DNA of 64,000 nt from Candidatus Latescibacterota bacterium (GCA_965222605.1 OZ244960.1:2816001-2880000), one strand, 5' to 3'. Shown: positions 17,803 to 30,407, numbered from the stretch's first letter. The notes: generated by a model not told the origin, from the sequence alone. Program-made: numbers and translations.

Positions 17803-18921
17803 TTACTTGTTGCGATGTAAAATTTGCTGCAAACGCCCGACTTCGCGTTGCAGATAATTGATATGTTGATAAACCGCTGCATCTACTGGCTCTATCAGAG
17901 GCTCTGGGCGCAAAGCAGCCAGAGCAGACCTATCCATCTGATCCAGCTCGACCTGTATTGCCACCACCCGTCCCTCGCGTCGAATACCCAGCATTGCGGT
18001 CTCGCCCGGCGTACTTTCCAGCACCATCCGCTTCAAATGCACCGGACCACCAACCGCACGCCCCCGATATGAAAGCACCACATCGCCCGGCCGAATCCCG
18101 CCCTCAGTTGCAGGACTATTGGGCTGCACATTGACCACCACCACCTCGTTGCCCCGTTGTGCAACCTCCACACCCAATTTGCCATACGCCATCTGCCCAT
18201 GTGCAACCAGCGCACGCGCCACCCGCATTGCGCGATTGATCGGAATGACAAAAACCGACGACGGCATCGGACCCCATCCAAACAGAGAACCATCGTTTTG
18301 TACAACGACGCGAACCGGATCTTCATAGCGCCACACCATCCCCCCAACCCGTCCATGGCCGCAAAACACAGGTGCGCCGCCATAACTGCTCTGCACGCGA
18401 GCCGACACCTGAAACAAATCCGTATCCCGATAGATTTCATGCACCGTCCCAAAAGCCGGCACCAGATTGCCAAAGTCATTGCCCAACAAAAGGGCGTAAT
18501 GCCCAATTTTAATATGCTGTGAATCTCCCACCACAACCGTGGGCAAATTTTCTGCCTCAACGCGAATAACAGCAATCCCCGAAATCGGATCTGCCCCCAC
18601 GAGCGCAGCCCGCACCTGCACGCCAGAAGCCAGCGTCACCCGAATCTCATCGGCATCTGCAATAGCGGCTTCAATCGTTAAAATATAACCCTGGGGATCA
18701 AAAATAAACCCCGTACCGTGGGTAAACACCGAACCAAACGGCCCGCTATCTGCCCGCACACGGGGGGGATACAGCGTGTGAATCCTCACCACACTCTGCC
18801 GATTATCTTCCAAAATTGTCGCAATTTCCTCTTCAAGCGCGCACAATAGGCTGCGTTCTTCCGTCCATCCCTTGCCCACAACAAGCAGGCACAACGCCAT
18901 TGCACAACACAAACACCTCAT
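17803..18921 (-). CDS. HtrA/DegP-like trypsin+PDZ protein, apparently catalytically inactive
   Basis: Signal-like N-terminus, GTGFIFDPQGYILT, PDZ (PNSPATEGGIRPGDVV); triad positions read TIEAAI, DPISGIAV, SSYGGAP. Confidence 0.8.
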   Translation of the reverse strand: MRCLCCAMALCLLVVGKGWTEERSLLCALEEEIATILEDNRQSVVRIHTLYPPRVRADSGPFGSVFTHGTGFIFDPQGYILTIEAAIADADEIRVTLASGVQVRAALVGADPISGIAVIRVEAENLPTVVVGDSQHIKIGHYALLLGNDFGNLVPAFGTVHEIYRDTDLFQVSARVQSSYGGAPVFCGHGRVGGMVWRYEDPVRVVVQNDGSLFGWGPMPSSVFVIPINRAMRVARALVAHGQMAYGKLGVEVAQRGNEVVVVNVQPNSPATEGGIRPGDVVLSYRGRAVGGPVHLKRMVLESTPGETAMLGIRREGRVVAIQVELDQMDRSALAALRPEPLIEPVDAAVYQHINYLQREVGRLQQILHRNK

Positions 18922-18953
18922 GATCCCGCCTCTCTCCACTCGCCGAGCCAACG

Positions 18954-19550
18954 TCAAAATGAATACGAAACGGGAACCTGTTTCACATCGCGCAGGTTGC
19001 GCATATTCGATGGCCGCTGCTTCAACTGCAATGCGGAATCCACACGCGCCGAGTCCCGATAATGACGAGAATCCAGACTATAAGATTCCTTGGACAAACG
19101 CTCCAATTCCAGAGCACCTACATCAACATTTGGCAATCTCTCGCCCGGCACCAATGGAATTTCCGGACGCTCCACTGCCATCTGTGGGGTAGGTGTTGTA
19201 TCGCTATAGAAAACCACCTGAGTCAACCCCAGGCCGATCACCACAGCTGCAGCCAGCGTTGTAATAGTCCGCGAGACAGAAGAGAACAGTGTACGCCGCA
19301 CTTTGTGCAAAGACTGTTTTTCTTTTGAAACAGCCATCGCCAAATGGCTGCGAAGAGCAAAATCAAACTCAGCCGATGGGCGCACCTTTGGCAATTGCGC
19401 CATGCGCTCCTTCAAAGCTTGCACATCGGCTAACAAAACGCGACAATGCTCGCACTCGGCAGCTTTGCGATCCATTTCTGCCATCTCAACCGGACTCATT
19501 TCGCCATCTACATAAGCCGAAACTCGCGCTTCAAAATCGGTAACGGTCAT
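18954..19550 (-). CDS. Membrane anti-sigma factor with degenerate zf-HC2 (ZAS) domain
   Basis: SAYVDGEM...KAAECEHC, one TM helix (TLAAAVVIGLGLTQVVF). Confidence 0.8.
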   Translation of the reverse strand: MTVTDFEARVSAYVDGEMSPVEMAEMDRKAAECEHCRVLLADVQALKERMAQLPKVRPSAEFDFALRSHLAMAVSKEKQSLHKVRRTLFSSVSRTITTLAAAVVIGLGLTQVVFYSDTTPTPQMAVERPEIPLVPGERLPNVDVGALELERLSKESYSLDSRHYRDSARVDSALQLKQRPSNMRNLRDVKQVPVSYSF

Positions 19551-19588
19551 GTCTATATTTTACCTCCGAGCAGGGTTTCCGGGATATC

Positions 19589-20200
19589 TTAGACATTCAG
19601 GCCCACATCCCGACCTTCATTTTTCAATTTTTGTTGTAATTTTAAGCGCCCGCGATTGACGCGCGATTTCACAGTCCCAACCGGACACTTCACAATTTCA
19701 GAAATTTCATAATACGACATACCTTCCACATCGCGCAACAAAATCACCTGGCGGTAATTATCGGGCAACGAAGCAATCGCATTCTGAATCTCCACATTGA
19801 ACAGCGAAGTTTCCGCCATGTGATCGGGACGCATAGATTCATCGGGCAATTCCATGCCCGTGTCTGACTCCTCGTCTCGATGCAGAGAAAACAACCGCCA
19901 CCGCTTGCGCCTTCTCAACTCACTTTTAGCCAAATTCCCGGCAATCGTAAACAGCCATGTAGAAAAATTGGCAATTGCACGATATTCCTTGCGCTTTCCA
20001 AACGCACGCAAAAACGCCTCTTGTACGATATCTTCTGCTGTTTCCCGATCGCCCACAAAGCGAAAAACAAAATTGTACAACCGCCCTTGATAGCGCCGCA
20101 CAATTTTTCCATAAGCATCAATATCTCCAGCAGATACCTCAGCTAAAATCTCCACATCTGACTGTTCGCCCAGTCCATATCTCGAATTTGCCATAAGCAT
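19589..20200 (-). CDS. ECF RNA polymerase sigma factor (RpoE/SigW-like)
   Basis: AEDIVQEAFLRA, FSTWLFTIAGN, LRDVEGMSYYEI, GTVKSRVNRGR. Confidence 0.92.
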   Translation of the reverse strand: MLMANSRYGLGEQSDVEILAEVSAGDIDAYGKIVRRYQGRLYNFVFRFVGDRETAEDIVQEAFLRAFGKRKEYRAIANFSTWLFTIAGNLAKSELRRRKRWRLFSLHRDEESDTGMELPDESMRPDHMAETSLFNVEIQNAIASLPDNYRQVILLRDVEGMSYYEISEIVKCPVGTVKSRVNRGRLKLQQKLKNEGRDVGLNV

Positions 20201-20265
20201 GGAATCCCTCCCTTAGCACCTGTGTCCCCCTCCCCGCCCAAAACCTTATATCCTCAATCTAAACA

Positions 20266-20294
20266 TTAAACCCCTCAGGCTCCTTCATAGTTCC
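20266..20294 (-). promoter_or_regulatory. Possible ECF autoregulatory promoter
   Basis: Minus strand GGAACT-N17-GTTTAA upstream of the sigma gene. Confidence 0.4.
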
Positions 20295-20407
20295 CAAAAA
20301 TACGCGCTGCCTGCTTTTCCGCATTGCGCCCTGGTCAATCCCGTTTTATATTCAACATTCCAAAGCCGAAACTGATGACATTCATGTTAAGAAAGCGAGG
20401 AACCCCG

Positions 20408-22402
20408 ATGGCAGCAAATCAGGTGGTCGAACAAAACGGAAAATACATCCCACCGCAAAATCTCAGCACCAATGCACATGTCCCCAGTATTGATGCCTAC
20501 GGGAAACAATACGAAAAATCGATTGCCGATCCCGAAGCATTCTGGGCCGAAATTGCCAATTCATTCCACTGGTACAAAAAATGGGACACCGTGCGGTCCT
20601 ACAACTACAATATGGACAATGGGCCAATCTTTATCAAGTGGTTTGAAGGGGCCAAAACCAACATCACGTACAACTGCATCGACCGTCACCTCGCGTCTCG
20701 AGGAGATCAAATCGCCATCTTATGGGAAGGCAACGAACCTGGTGAAGACGCCAAACTCACCTACAGTGAACTGCACGAGCAAGTCTGCAAATTTGCCAAC
20801 GTACTCAAATCCCGAGGCGTAAAAAAAGGCGACTGCGTCTCCATCTACATGCCCATGATCCCCGAACTCGCCATCGCCATGCTCGCCTGCGCGCGCATCG
20901 GCGCCATCCACTCAATAGTCTTTGGCGGCTTCTCTGCCGAAGCACTGGCAGACCGCATCGTCGATTCCTCCTGTCAGATCGTACTCACCACAGATGGCAT
21001 GTTCCGCGGTGACCGCCCCATGGAACGCAAGCAACCCGCCGACGAAGCCATTGCATTGGCAAATGAACGCATGGGGAACACCAGCGTTCACACCTGCATC
21101 GTCGTCCAGCGCGTGGGTGAAGACAGTGGCATCGCGTGTCCCATGCAAGAAGGGCGCGACTTATGGTGGCACGAAGCCATGTCAGAAGCTATTGCCGACT
21201 GCCCATGCGAAGAAATGGACGCCGAAGACCCGCTCTTCATCCTCTATACATCTGGCTCCACTGGCAAACCCAAAGGCGTACAGCACAACGTGGGTGGCTA
21301 CATGGTGTACACGGGCTACACGCACAAAAACGTCTTTGACTATCAGGACGGCGACATCTACTTTTGCGCCGCCGACATTGGCTGGGTCACGGGCCACTCC
21401 TACATCATCTATGGGCCCCTATCAAATGCCGCCACCACCATCATGTTTGAAAGCACGCCCGTCTATCCCGACCCGGGCCGTTATTGGCAGGTCATCGACA
21501 AATACAAAGTCAACCAATTCTACACCGCCCCCACAGCCATACGCGCCCTCACCCGAGAAGGCGAAGAATGGCCCGCCAAATACGACCTGTCATCTCTCAA
21601 AATACTCGGAACAGTGGGCGAACCCATCAATCCCGAAGCCTGGCAATGGTATCACCGCAATATCGGGCGAGAGCGATGTCCCATCGTAGATACCTGGTGG
21701 CAAACCGAAACCGGAGGCATCCTCATCAGTCCCCTGCCCGGCGCAACCCCCACCAAACCCGGATCGGCGACTTTTCCCCTCTACGGCATCAAACCCGTGG
21801 TCCTCGAACCAGAATCGGGCAAAATCGTCGAAGGCAATGGCGTCGATGGCGTACTCGCCATCTCAGAACCCTGGCCGGGACAAATGCGCACCGTCTATGG
21901 CGATCACAAACGCTTTGAAGAAACCTACTTTCAGCAATACAAAGGCTTCTACTTCACCGGTGACGGCTGCCGTCGCGACGAAGACGGCTACTACTGGATC
22001 ACCGGCCGCGTAGATGACGTCATCAACATCTCGGGCCACCGCATGGGCACCGCCGAAGTCGAGAGTGCCCTGGTCTCACACGGAAAAGTGGCCGAAGCCG
22101 CTGTCGTCGGCTTCCCGCACGAAATCAAAGGACAGGGCATCTATGCCTACGTCACCCTCAACGCGGGCGAAGCCTATACCGACGAACTCAAAACCGAACT
22201 CGTCCAGCAAGTCCGCACCGAAATCGGCCCCATCGCCACCCCAGACGTAATCCACTGGGCACCGGGATTGCCCAAAACGCGCTCGGGCAAAATCATGCGC
22301 CGAATCCTGCGAAAAATCGCCGAAGACGACACCTCAAACCTCGGCGACACCTCAACCCTCGCCGACCCATCCGTCGTTGACGACCTCCTCGCCAACCGGT
22401 AG
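20408..22402 (+). CDS. acs: Acetyl-CoA synthetase
   Basis: [42 protein letters not shown]; ATG 20408 after GAGG. Confidence 0.96.
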   Translation: MAANQVVEQNGKYIPPQNLSTNAHVPSIDAYGKQYEKSIADPEAFWAEIANSFHWYKKWDTVRSYNYNMDNGPIFIKWFEGAKTNITYNCIDRHLASRGDQIAILWEGNEPGEDAKLTYSELHEQVCKFANVLKSRGVKKGDCVSIYMPMIPELAIAMLACARIGAIHSIVFGGFSAEALADRIVDSSCQIVLTTDGMFRGDRPMERKQPADEAIALANERMGNTSVHTCIVVQRVGEDSGIACPMQEGRDLWWHEAMSEAIADCPCEEMDAEDPLFILYTSGSTGKPKGVQHNVGGYMVYTGYTHKNVFDYQDGDIYFCAADIGWVTGHSYIIYGPLSNAATTIMFESTPVYPDPGRYWQVIDKYKVNQFYTAPTAIRALTREGEEWPAKYDLSSLKILGTVGEPINPEAWQWYHRNIGRERCPIVDTWWQTETGGILISPLPGATPTKPGSATFPLYGIKPVVLEPESGKIVEGNGVDGVLAISEPWPGQMRTVYGDHKRFEETYFQQYKGFYFTGDGCRRDEDGYYWITGRVDDVINISGHRMGTAEVESALVSHGKVAEAAVVGFPHEIKGQGIYAYVTLNAGEAYTDELKTELVQQVRTEIGPIATPDVIHWAPGLPKTRSGKIMRRILRKIAEDDTSNLGDTSTLADPSVVDDLLANR

Positions 22403-22407
22403 GGACG

Positions 22408-22441
22408 AAAAAAAGCGGGCACGCAATCGTGCCCGCTTTTT
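22408..22441. terminator. Bidirectional intrinsic terminator
   Basis: AAAAAAAGCGGGCACG CAAT CGTGCCCGCTTTTT. Confidence 0.85.
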
Positions 22442-22451
22442 CTCCCTTCCC

Positions 22452-22754
22452 CTATCCTTTTAACTCAACAATAATATTCCGCCAGGGTTCATTGCCCACA
22501 TTGATGGCCTCGTGTACATCTTCGCCATCAACATCTCGCCATTGCACATGGCCGTCCTTCATATCGCGGGCATCGCCTTTGGTCCCCTCTGATGAGACGC
22601 CCTGGAGCGTCCCCCCGCCGATAACCACGTACAGATAGTCATTCTCGTGCCGATGCATACCCGTGCTCTCGCCCGGGGCAAGCGCGAGGTCCCAAACGCG
22701 CACGCGATCGTTTTCAAAGAGCAGTTTGGTCCCAATATCTTCAGATATATTCAT
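22452..22754 (-). CDS. Cupin domain protein
   Basis: LFENDRVRVW, HRHENDY, HEAINVG. Confidence 0.8.
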   Translation of the reverse strand: MNISEDIGTKLLFENDRVRVWDLALAPGESTGMHRHENDYLYVVIGGGTLQGVSSEGTKGDARDMKDGHVQWRDVDGEDVHEAINVGNEPWRNIIVELKG

Positions 22755-22780
22755 GGCTTTGATCTCCTGTAGAAAAAATG

Positions 22781-23848
22781 TCAGACCGCAAATTTTTGTG
22801 CGACAAAAATATCGGCGCGCCGGCCCAGCACCGCGATATCTTTAATGTGCTCAATCGGCGTGAGATTGGTTCGCGCCAGCGCACTTTTGACCGCATTCCA
22901 CTCGCTCGAAAGAATCGCAACAAGACCATTGGGGCGCAAAACCCGGTCAATCTCCACAAAAGCAGAGTCATAGAGCGCACGGAGTTCAAAAACAGACCCA
23001 ACCTGACGGCCCCAGGGCGGATTGGTCGCAACCTTATCAACCGATTGATCGGGCAGTGGCAAGTGACGCGCATCCCAGTGATAAACATCGCGCGGTTTGT
23101 GGCGATTGCCAAAATTTTCCAGCGTATCCGCAACAGCTTGTTCGTCAATATCCCCGCCCTGAATCAGGGCGTAGCGACTCGCAAGCGCGCGTTCGATCAT
23201 AACCGTACCCGCACCGCACATAGGATCCAGAAAAACATCGCCATCTTCCGGACAGGTGAGCTGTACCAGTGCCCGCGCAATAGTCGGACGCAACGACGCA
23301 GGGCGGTTGGCCGTCTTATACGTGCGATGGCGCATCGTGCGATCCGTAAGGCGCAAACCCAGGCGCACCTGCCTGCCGGTCTGTTGCAACCACAGTTCCA
23401 GATCGGCATTATCGGGCACAAGACGCCATTTGGGAAAGCGGCGATACACAGCCCGTTCAACGGCTTTCTGCATCTGGTTGCGACGGTACGATTGCCAGTC
23501 CTGCATGGATGCCTGGACAATAACGCGATATTTTGTGCGCCCTTTGGGCAACCCATTGAACTGCCTGTGCATATTGAGCGCCGGAATCAGATCCGGTATC
23601 TCGCCCAGAGTATTGAGATCCTCGCGCGCTCCGCTCAGCGGTATATCGGCAAGCCAATAAAAAACATCCTCCACAGTGCCCAGTTGGCGCAACGCGAGCG
23701 GACTGCCCTGCCAGTTAAACTGCACCAAATCGTAATCTCGCACGCGATTTGTACGCACATTGGAAAGGCGATTCCCAAAACAAAACCGCAATTCCCGCAC
23801 GGCAATCTGTCCAATGCCCTTGAATGACGTGGTATATAAAGTCGTCAC
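22781..23848 (-). CDS. THUMP/UPF0020 RNA methyltransferase
   Basis: ASLRPTIA, LDPMCGAGT, TNPPWG. Confidence 0.85.
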   Translation of the reverse strand: MTTLYTTSFKGIGQIAVRELRFCFGNRLSNVRTNRVRDYDLVQFNWQGSPLALRQLGTVEDVFYWLADIPLSGAREDLNTLGEIPDLIPALNMHRQFNGLPKGRTKYRVIVQASMQDWQSYRRNQMQKAVERAVYRRFPKWRLVPDNADLELWLQQTGRQVRLGLRLTDRTMRHRTYKTANRPASLRPTIARALVQLTCPEDGDVFLDPMCGAGTVMIERALASRYALIQGGDIDEQAVADTLENFGNRHKPRDVYHWDARHLPLPDQSVDKVATNPPWGRQVGSVFELRALYDSAFVEIDRVLRPNGLVAILSSEWNAVKSALARTNLTPIEHIKDIAVLGRRADIFVAQKFAV

Positions 23849-23869
23849 AGTATCTTCTTCTCGCCTTTT

Positions 23870-23899
23870 ATCTGTGTGTATCTGTGTTCATCTGTGGTT
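23870..23899. repeat. Three 10-nt ATCTGTG-core repeats (intergenic)
   Basis: ATCTGTGTGT ATCTGTGTTC ATCTGTGGTT. Confidence 0.7.
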
Positions 23900-23918
23900 G
23901 CTTTTTGCCTTTGTGTTC

Positions 23919-25972
<2,054 letters not shown>

Positions 25973-25975
25973 CGC

Positions 25976-26962
25976 TCATCGTCCATCGCTCATCGCCGCG
26001 CCAACCTCCCGCGCAACGCGGGGACGACGCAACTTCCAGATCATGCCATCGTAAATAAAATGCATAAACGAAGTGCCATACGTAAAAACCAGAAAAATCG
26101 GAAGAGAAAGAAATTTGAGACCGTATAACAGGCCGCTGACCACAACAATAAAGCCTGTAGTATAGGGCACGATATGCTTTCCCGCTCGCGTCAACACAGG
26201 CGACGCAAAAGCATCGAGTTTTGCCTTATTGTGAACCGTAAGCGCAACAAGGGCGATATATTCCGCCGCATGGCTAAAGCTGGTCGCAGTGAAAAGGGCA
26301 TCTGTAGATAAAATGGGGACAACGCCATACATGAACGCGATCGAAGCAAAAAAAAGCAACTTGGGCCAGTTGATTTGCGCGCCCCGAAATTCGTAAATAA
26401 GCCACGCAATCGTAACAGCGATAGCTGCGACATATATCGCCTGCGCCCCCATCTGGGGAAGCGGCGTGCCAATAAGCGTATGCAGATAATGCATAACGCG
26501 ACCTTCAACATTGGCCTGAAACGCAAACATATACCCAAAGCCCGCAATGCCCCAGAGGTATGAAGTCCACGCATCGAGCTGTTTGTGCCCCCATTGTCCC
26601 TTGCCGGAATAAATCCGCAAAATGCCGTACTTTTGACGGACAAAATGGAAATAATTAAAAAGATACCAGAAAGCGAACATCTCGGGTTCTTCAACGCGAA
26701 AATAATAACACATAGCGACGAACCCCAGACACAGCACCGGGGTTATGAGATAGATCAGCCGCCGACGTTCAAATTCAATGCGGTCGAGATAAACGAGGGG
26801 AAAAGTGAAATACCGGTGGGCAACAAATGACGTGACCGCAATAAGACGGAAAGTCTCACCGTGGTCAGGGAGAAGATAAGGAGCAGCAAAAAATACCAGC
26901 CATCCGAGCGAAATACAGCACAAATCAACAGATGGGGAAATGATCCAGTGAGATTTTTTCAT
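25976..26962 (-). CDS. Polytopic membrane protein with conserved-looking His motifs
   Basis: Multiple hydrophobic helices; AHRYFT, HFVRQKYG, SHAAEY, HFIYDGMIWK. Confidence 0.7.
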   Translation of the reverse strand: MKKSHWIISPSVDLCCISLGWLVFFAAPYLLPDHGETFRLIAVTSFVAHRYFTFPLVYLDRIEFERRRLIYLITPVLCLGFVAMCYYFRVEEPEMFAFWYLFNYFHFVRQKYGILRIYSGKGQWGHKQLDAWTSYLWGIAGFGYMFAFQANVEGRVMHYLHTLIGTPLPQMGAQAIYVAAIAVTIAWLIYEFRGAQINWPKLLFFASIAFMYGVVPILSTDALFTATSFSHAAEYIALVALTVHNKAKLDAFASPVLTRAGKHIVPYTTGFIVVVSGLLYGLKFLSLPIFLVFTYGTSFMHFIYDGMIWKLRRPRVAREVGAAMSDGR

Positions 26963-26968
26963 CGCACA

Positions 26969-27943
26969 CTACGCGCGGGTCGCGCCCAGGGTTTCGAGAA
27001 CTTGTTTGGGAATTTTGCAAACAAATGTATAAGCGGGATCAAACATATTGCCCATATCGTATTCAACCGCTTCGCCCAGCAACACATGCACAGTGCGCTC
27101 ATCCAACCCAAAATCCGACGTGAGCCAGCGGATCATTTCAGTGGTAGCGTGTTCAACGCACTGATCGAGCGGACGGGCATTGCCAACCGTTAAAATATGC
27201 GTATCGTTTTCACCCCGCGGCCAGTTGATGGTTTTGCCTTTGTGCAGGTGAACCGTAAAACTCACATCAAAAGAAATTTCAATACCCGTACCCACAATTT
27301 CACCATCGCCCTGAAGCGCGTGCCCATCGCCAATGTGAAAAAGCGCGCCCGCGACAAAAACCGGCAAATAAACCGTCGTGCCCTCGTTAAAGCGCTTGTA
27401 GTCCATATTCCCGCCGTGCGTGGATGAAGTCGCAGTCGAAATCGCCTGCCCTCGCGGCGGCGCAACCCCAAAACACCCGGGATGCGGATTGAGCGGCAAG
27501 ACCAGATCCTTTAATGGACGAGTCGCGGGCTTGCCATAACCAGGCGTGGTATGGTCGCGGTCACGAGAAACTTCCACCGGGCGTGCCGTGCGATTTTCAA
27601 AATCAATTTCCCATAAAACCCGCGCAATATCATCGTCAAATTTGGGCACATAGCCCGGATCGAGAACATTGGGCGCAATGCGCGCAGAAGTATATCCATG
27701 CGAGCGGTTGGGCATCAGATAATCAAACACAACCGAAATCGAATCCCCCGGCTCTGCACCTTCAATATAAAAAGGTCCCGTCTGAGGATTGCCGCCTTCT
27801 GTCACCTGCGCGCCCGTCTTGTCCCTGCCGCCCGCACAAACCGTAGTCGTCGAAAGCGTATCGCCACTGGCAATGGTCAGAACCGGATCGTGAGACCCGA
27901 TAGCCGTGTGATAATGCGTGGGGGTAAAATTGTGATGTGCCAT
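26969..27943 (-). CDS. Acetamidase/formamidase family protein
   Basis: NPQTGPFYIEGAEPGD, HGGNMD, GDGHALQGDGE. Confidence 0.9.
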   Translation of the reverse strand: MAHHNFTPTHYHTAIGSHDPVLTIASGDTLSTTTVCAGGRDKTGAQVTEGGNPQTGPFYIEGAEPGDSISVVFDYLMPNRSHGYTSARIAPNVLDPGYVPKFDDDIARVLWEIDFENRTARPVEVSRDRDHTTPGYGKPATRPLKDLVLPLNPHPGCFGVAPPRGQAISTATSSTHGGNMDYKRFNEGTTVYLPVFVAGALFHIGDGHALQGDGEIVGTGIEISFDVSFTVHLHKGKTINWPRGENDTHILTVGNARPLDQCVEHATTEMIRWLTSDFGLDERTVHVLLGEAVEYDMGNMFDPAYTFVCKIPKQVLETLGATRA

Positions 27944-27984
27944 AAATACTCCTAAAAGATAAGGATCGCCTAAGATTTATATAA

Positions 27985-28260
27985 TCACCGAATCAATTTA
28001 TCGTATTCAGCATGTGTTCCAATCCAAAACCAGACCAATCCTTCTTCAATTTCAATTGCGACAGTTCGATATTTAATGCCAATTCTTGCAGACCAATACC
28101 TGCCGACCTTTCCCCGTTTCACGAGAACATGCTTCAATTGCAAAGAAGGATGTCTCGAATCTCGCTTCAGTAATTTGAAATTCTCATCTGCTAATTCTTG
28201 AATCTCTCGTGGAAGTCTTTGATAACATTTCCAAAAATAGGGGTTTGTAAAATGTTTCAT
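27985..28260 (-). CDS. RelE/ParE-like type II toxin
   Basis: FWKCYQRLP, HPSLQLK, WSARIG..YR, WFWIGTHAEYD. Confidence 0.8.
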   Translation of the reverse strand: MKHFTNPYFWKCYQRLPREIQELADENFKLLKRDSRHPSLQLKHVLVKRGKVGRYWSARIGIKYRTVAIEIEEGLVWFWIGTHAEYDKLIR

Positions 28261-28457
28261 ACCTCTCTAACATTTCCTGCGCGAAAATCAGCAATCGCTT
28301 GATTCGCAAGGTGATCCAATTTGCCGAGCTTAACATCTTCCTCAAACTGTTTATCCCATACTTTTGCATCAAATTCCTCGAACCACACTCTAAAACGAGC
28401 CAGTTCATCCGCTGAGAGTTGGGCAACATCTGCTTGAAGTTCTTGAACCGCTGGCAT
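28257..28457 (-). CDS. Cognate antitoxin
   Basis: 66 aa, LSADELARFRVWF...WDKQFEEDV..GKLD; 4-nt overlap with toxin. Confidence 0.75.
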   Translation of the reverse strand: MPAVQELQADVAQLSADELARFRVWFEEFDAKVWDKQFEEDVKLGKLDHLANQAIADFRAGNVREV

Positions 28458-28477
28458 GTATTTCTCCTTCCGTCATT

Positions 28478-29389
28478 TTATGCAATCATCCTTATTTTTT
28501 CCGGCGCCTCCCAGGCACGCTCCCATGATTTACCTCGATCCTCACTGGTATAAAGCGTCTTATCCACAGCCGCCCATGCACACCCGTCCTTCGAGAACGC
28601 AATGTGAAAGGTATCGATATTGTGCGGAACCGTCTCTGGAAAACCCGCTGTAACGTGTCCCCAGGTACTCCCCGCATCATCCGATCTGTAAAGCTGACCT
28701 GAAGCCTCTCCGTGTGGTCCCCTGCTAACCGTAGCCAGCAAACAATCCGGATCGTCGGGATGCACGGCAATAGCGCGACCGTAATAATAGGGAAAACCCT
28801 CAGACCGGTGGGACCACGACCTGCCGCGGTCATCGCTCACATACACCGCACGCGCCGTATTCGCATACACGCGATTGTCGTCCCGGGGCGATGTCGCCAC
28901 CTGGTGTACATCATCGTGTAAATCGGGCGTCACGGGTTCCCATGTCTCACCCCAATCTGCCGAGCGCATGATATTACCCACGTGAATATCGGCATAAACC
29001 CACCCATCCGTTGTCCGGGCAAAACTGCGCACATCTGGCGGACCACCCCAGGGCGTGTACCATTTTTCGCGCACCGAAAGTTGGTCAAAGGACTCAACGC
29101 GATACGTTTTCCCATCATCATAACAATAAATATGGGACTCGCCCGTACCGATAAGCAAGCGCAGGGGTTCTTCGTCAATAATGATCAGACACTCGATATC
29201 CTGCTCAATACCCGTGGCAACTGTTTGAGAACCCGTTTGGGTACACACAAACAAATCGCCTCCCTTGAGAGCGACCACACAATAAACCTCGCCTTTGGCA
29301 AGCGCGGCAACATCGCCTTCTAAAATCTGCACAGGAGCGTCCTGCTCCTCAAAACCCGTATGTACCGTTCGCGACGTAGCAATAAGCAT
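28478..29389 (-). CDS. BNR/Asp-box beta-propeller protein
   Basis: Repeated SxDxGxT/SW boxes (SADWGETW, SDDRGRSW, SDDAGSTW, SEDRGKSW). Confidence 0.8.
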   Translation of the reverse strand: MLIATSRTVHTGFEEQDAPVQILEGDVAALAKGEVYCVVALKGGDLFVCTQTGSQTVATGIEQDIECLIIIDEEPLRLLIGTGESHIYCYDDGKTYRVESFDQLSVREKWYTPWGGPPDVRSFARTTDGWVYADIHVGNIMRSADWGETWEPVTPDLHDDVHQVATSPRDDNRVYANTARAVYVSDDRGRSWSHRSEGFPYYYGRAIAVHPDDPDCLLATVSRGPHGEASGQLYRSDDAGSTWGHVTAGFPETVPHNIDTFHIAFSKDGCAWAAVDKTLYTSEDRGKSWERAWEAPEKIRMIA

Positions 29390-29555
29390 AACGCACCTCC
29401 ATGATTAACGTTTAAGTTTAAAAGCAATTTAACGGATCGCCCGCACCCTGTAAACCCCAAAATCCATTGCCCGACAATTCTAAAAACTTGACAAACTCAG
29501 AAATGTTCAGATTATTTGTATTGTCTTTGCATCCTGCACAGAGGAGATCGATACC

Positions 29556-30407
29556 ATGAAACATTGGAAACCCACCGACGAACAAAAACACCAATGGAAA
29601 GAAAAGGGATTTTTCATCGAGCGCAATGTCGTACCAGAAGACACTGCTTTTGACATGCGCGGCGTCATAAAAAACGAATTGCTCAAACCCGAGCCGAGTG
29701 GCCGCCCCAATGTGGATCCCATGGATCCCATGGGCGATACCCCGGAAGCGCGTGCCCTGAGATTTCGAAAATTGGGCAATTTCTGCGTGGAATCCCCCCT
29801 CATCTGGCATACATTTCACACCGGACGAGAAATGCTTGCCATGGCGCGATATTTTTTGGGCAACGACATCATCGTCAAGTTCAACAGCGTATTTGTAAAA
29901 CCCGCCAAAACGGGCAGCGCAACACCCTGGCACCAGGACAACGGCCTCTGGCGCGACGGAGAAACCGAACCGTTTAACGCGTGGATGGCACTCGATCCGG
30001 CGACGCGCGAAAATGGGTGTATGCAATTTGTCCCAGGCAGTCACAAAGGTGAGATTGTACAACATGTCATGTATGAAGACAGCATTCACGGCGAACTGCC
30101 CCGCGACCTTGTAAAAGCGCGCATAGAACAATGCGGCATAGAACATATCGAAGCCAATCCGGGTGATGTGGTCTGCTGGCACAGCAGCCTGTGGCATTAC
30201 AGCCCGCCAAACCCCAGTGCAAATAGCCGCATAGCCATCGCGGGCGTGTGGACAAACCAAAAAATCAACGCCGGGTACGTGCGTCCTCTGAATCGCTGGG
30301 GCATGAAAAACGGCGAAATATGCACCGCATTCCCCCCCGAATTCGTCCAGATCGAAAACGGCGAACTCCACCAGTTAGGAGCCTTTCCCAAAGCAATAAA
30401 ACAATGA
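29556..30407 (+). CDS. PhyH family dioxygenase
   Basis: PWHQD, DPATRENGCM, PGSHK, LWHYS; GAGGAG RBS. Confidence 0.88.
   Translation: MKHWKPTDEQKHQWKEKGFFIERNVVPEDTAFDMRGVIKNELLKPEPSGRPNVDPMDPMGDTPEARALRFRKLGNFCVESPLIWHTFHTGREMLAMARYFLGNDIIVKFNSVFVKPAKTGSATPWHQDNGLWRDGETEPFNAWMALDPATRENGCMQFVPGSHKGEIVQHVMYEDSIHGELPRDLVKARIEQCGIEHIEANPGDVVCWHSSLWHYSPPNPSANSRIAIAGVWTNQKINAGYVRPLNRWGMKNGEICTAFPPEFVQIENGELHQLGAFPKAIKQ

Noticed and set aside
22778-23827. 349-aa + strand ORF antisense to the RNA methyltransferase
   Set aside because: No recognisable motifs; shadow of a well-supported minus-strand gene
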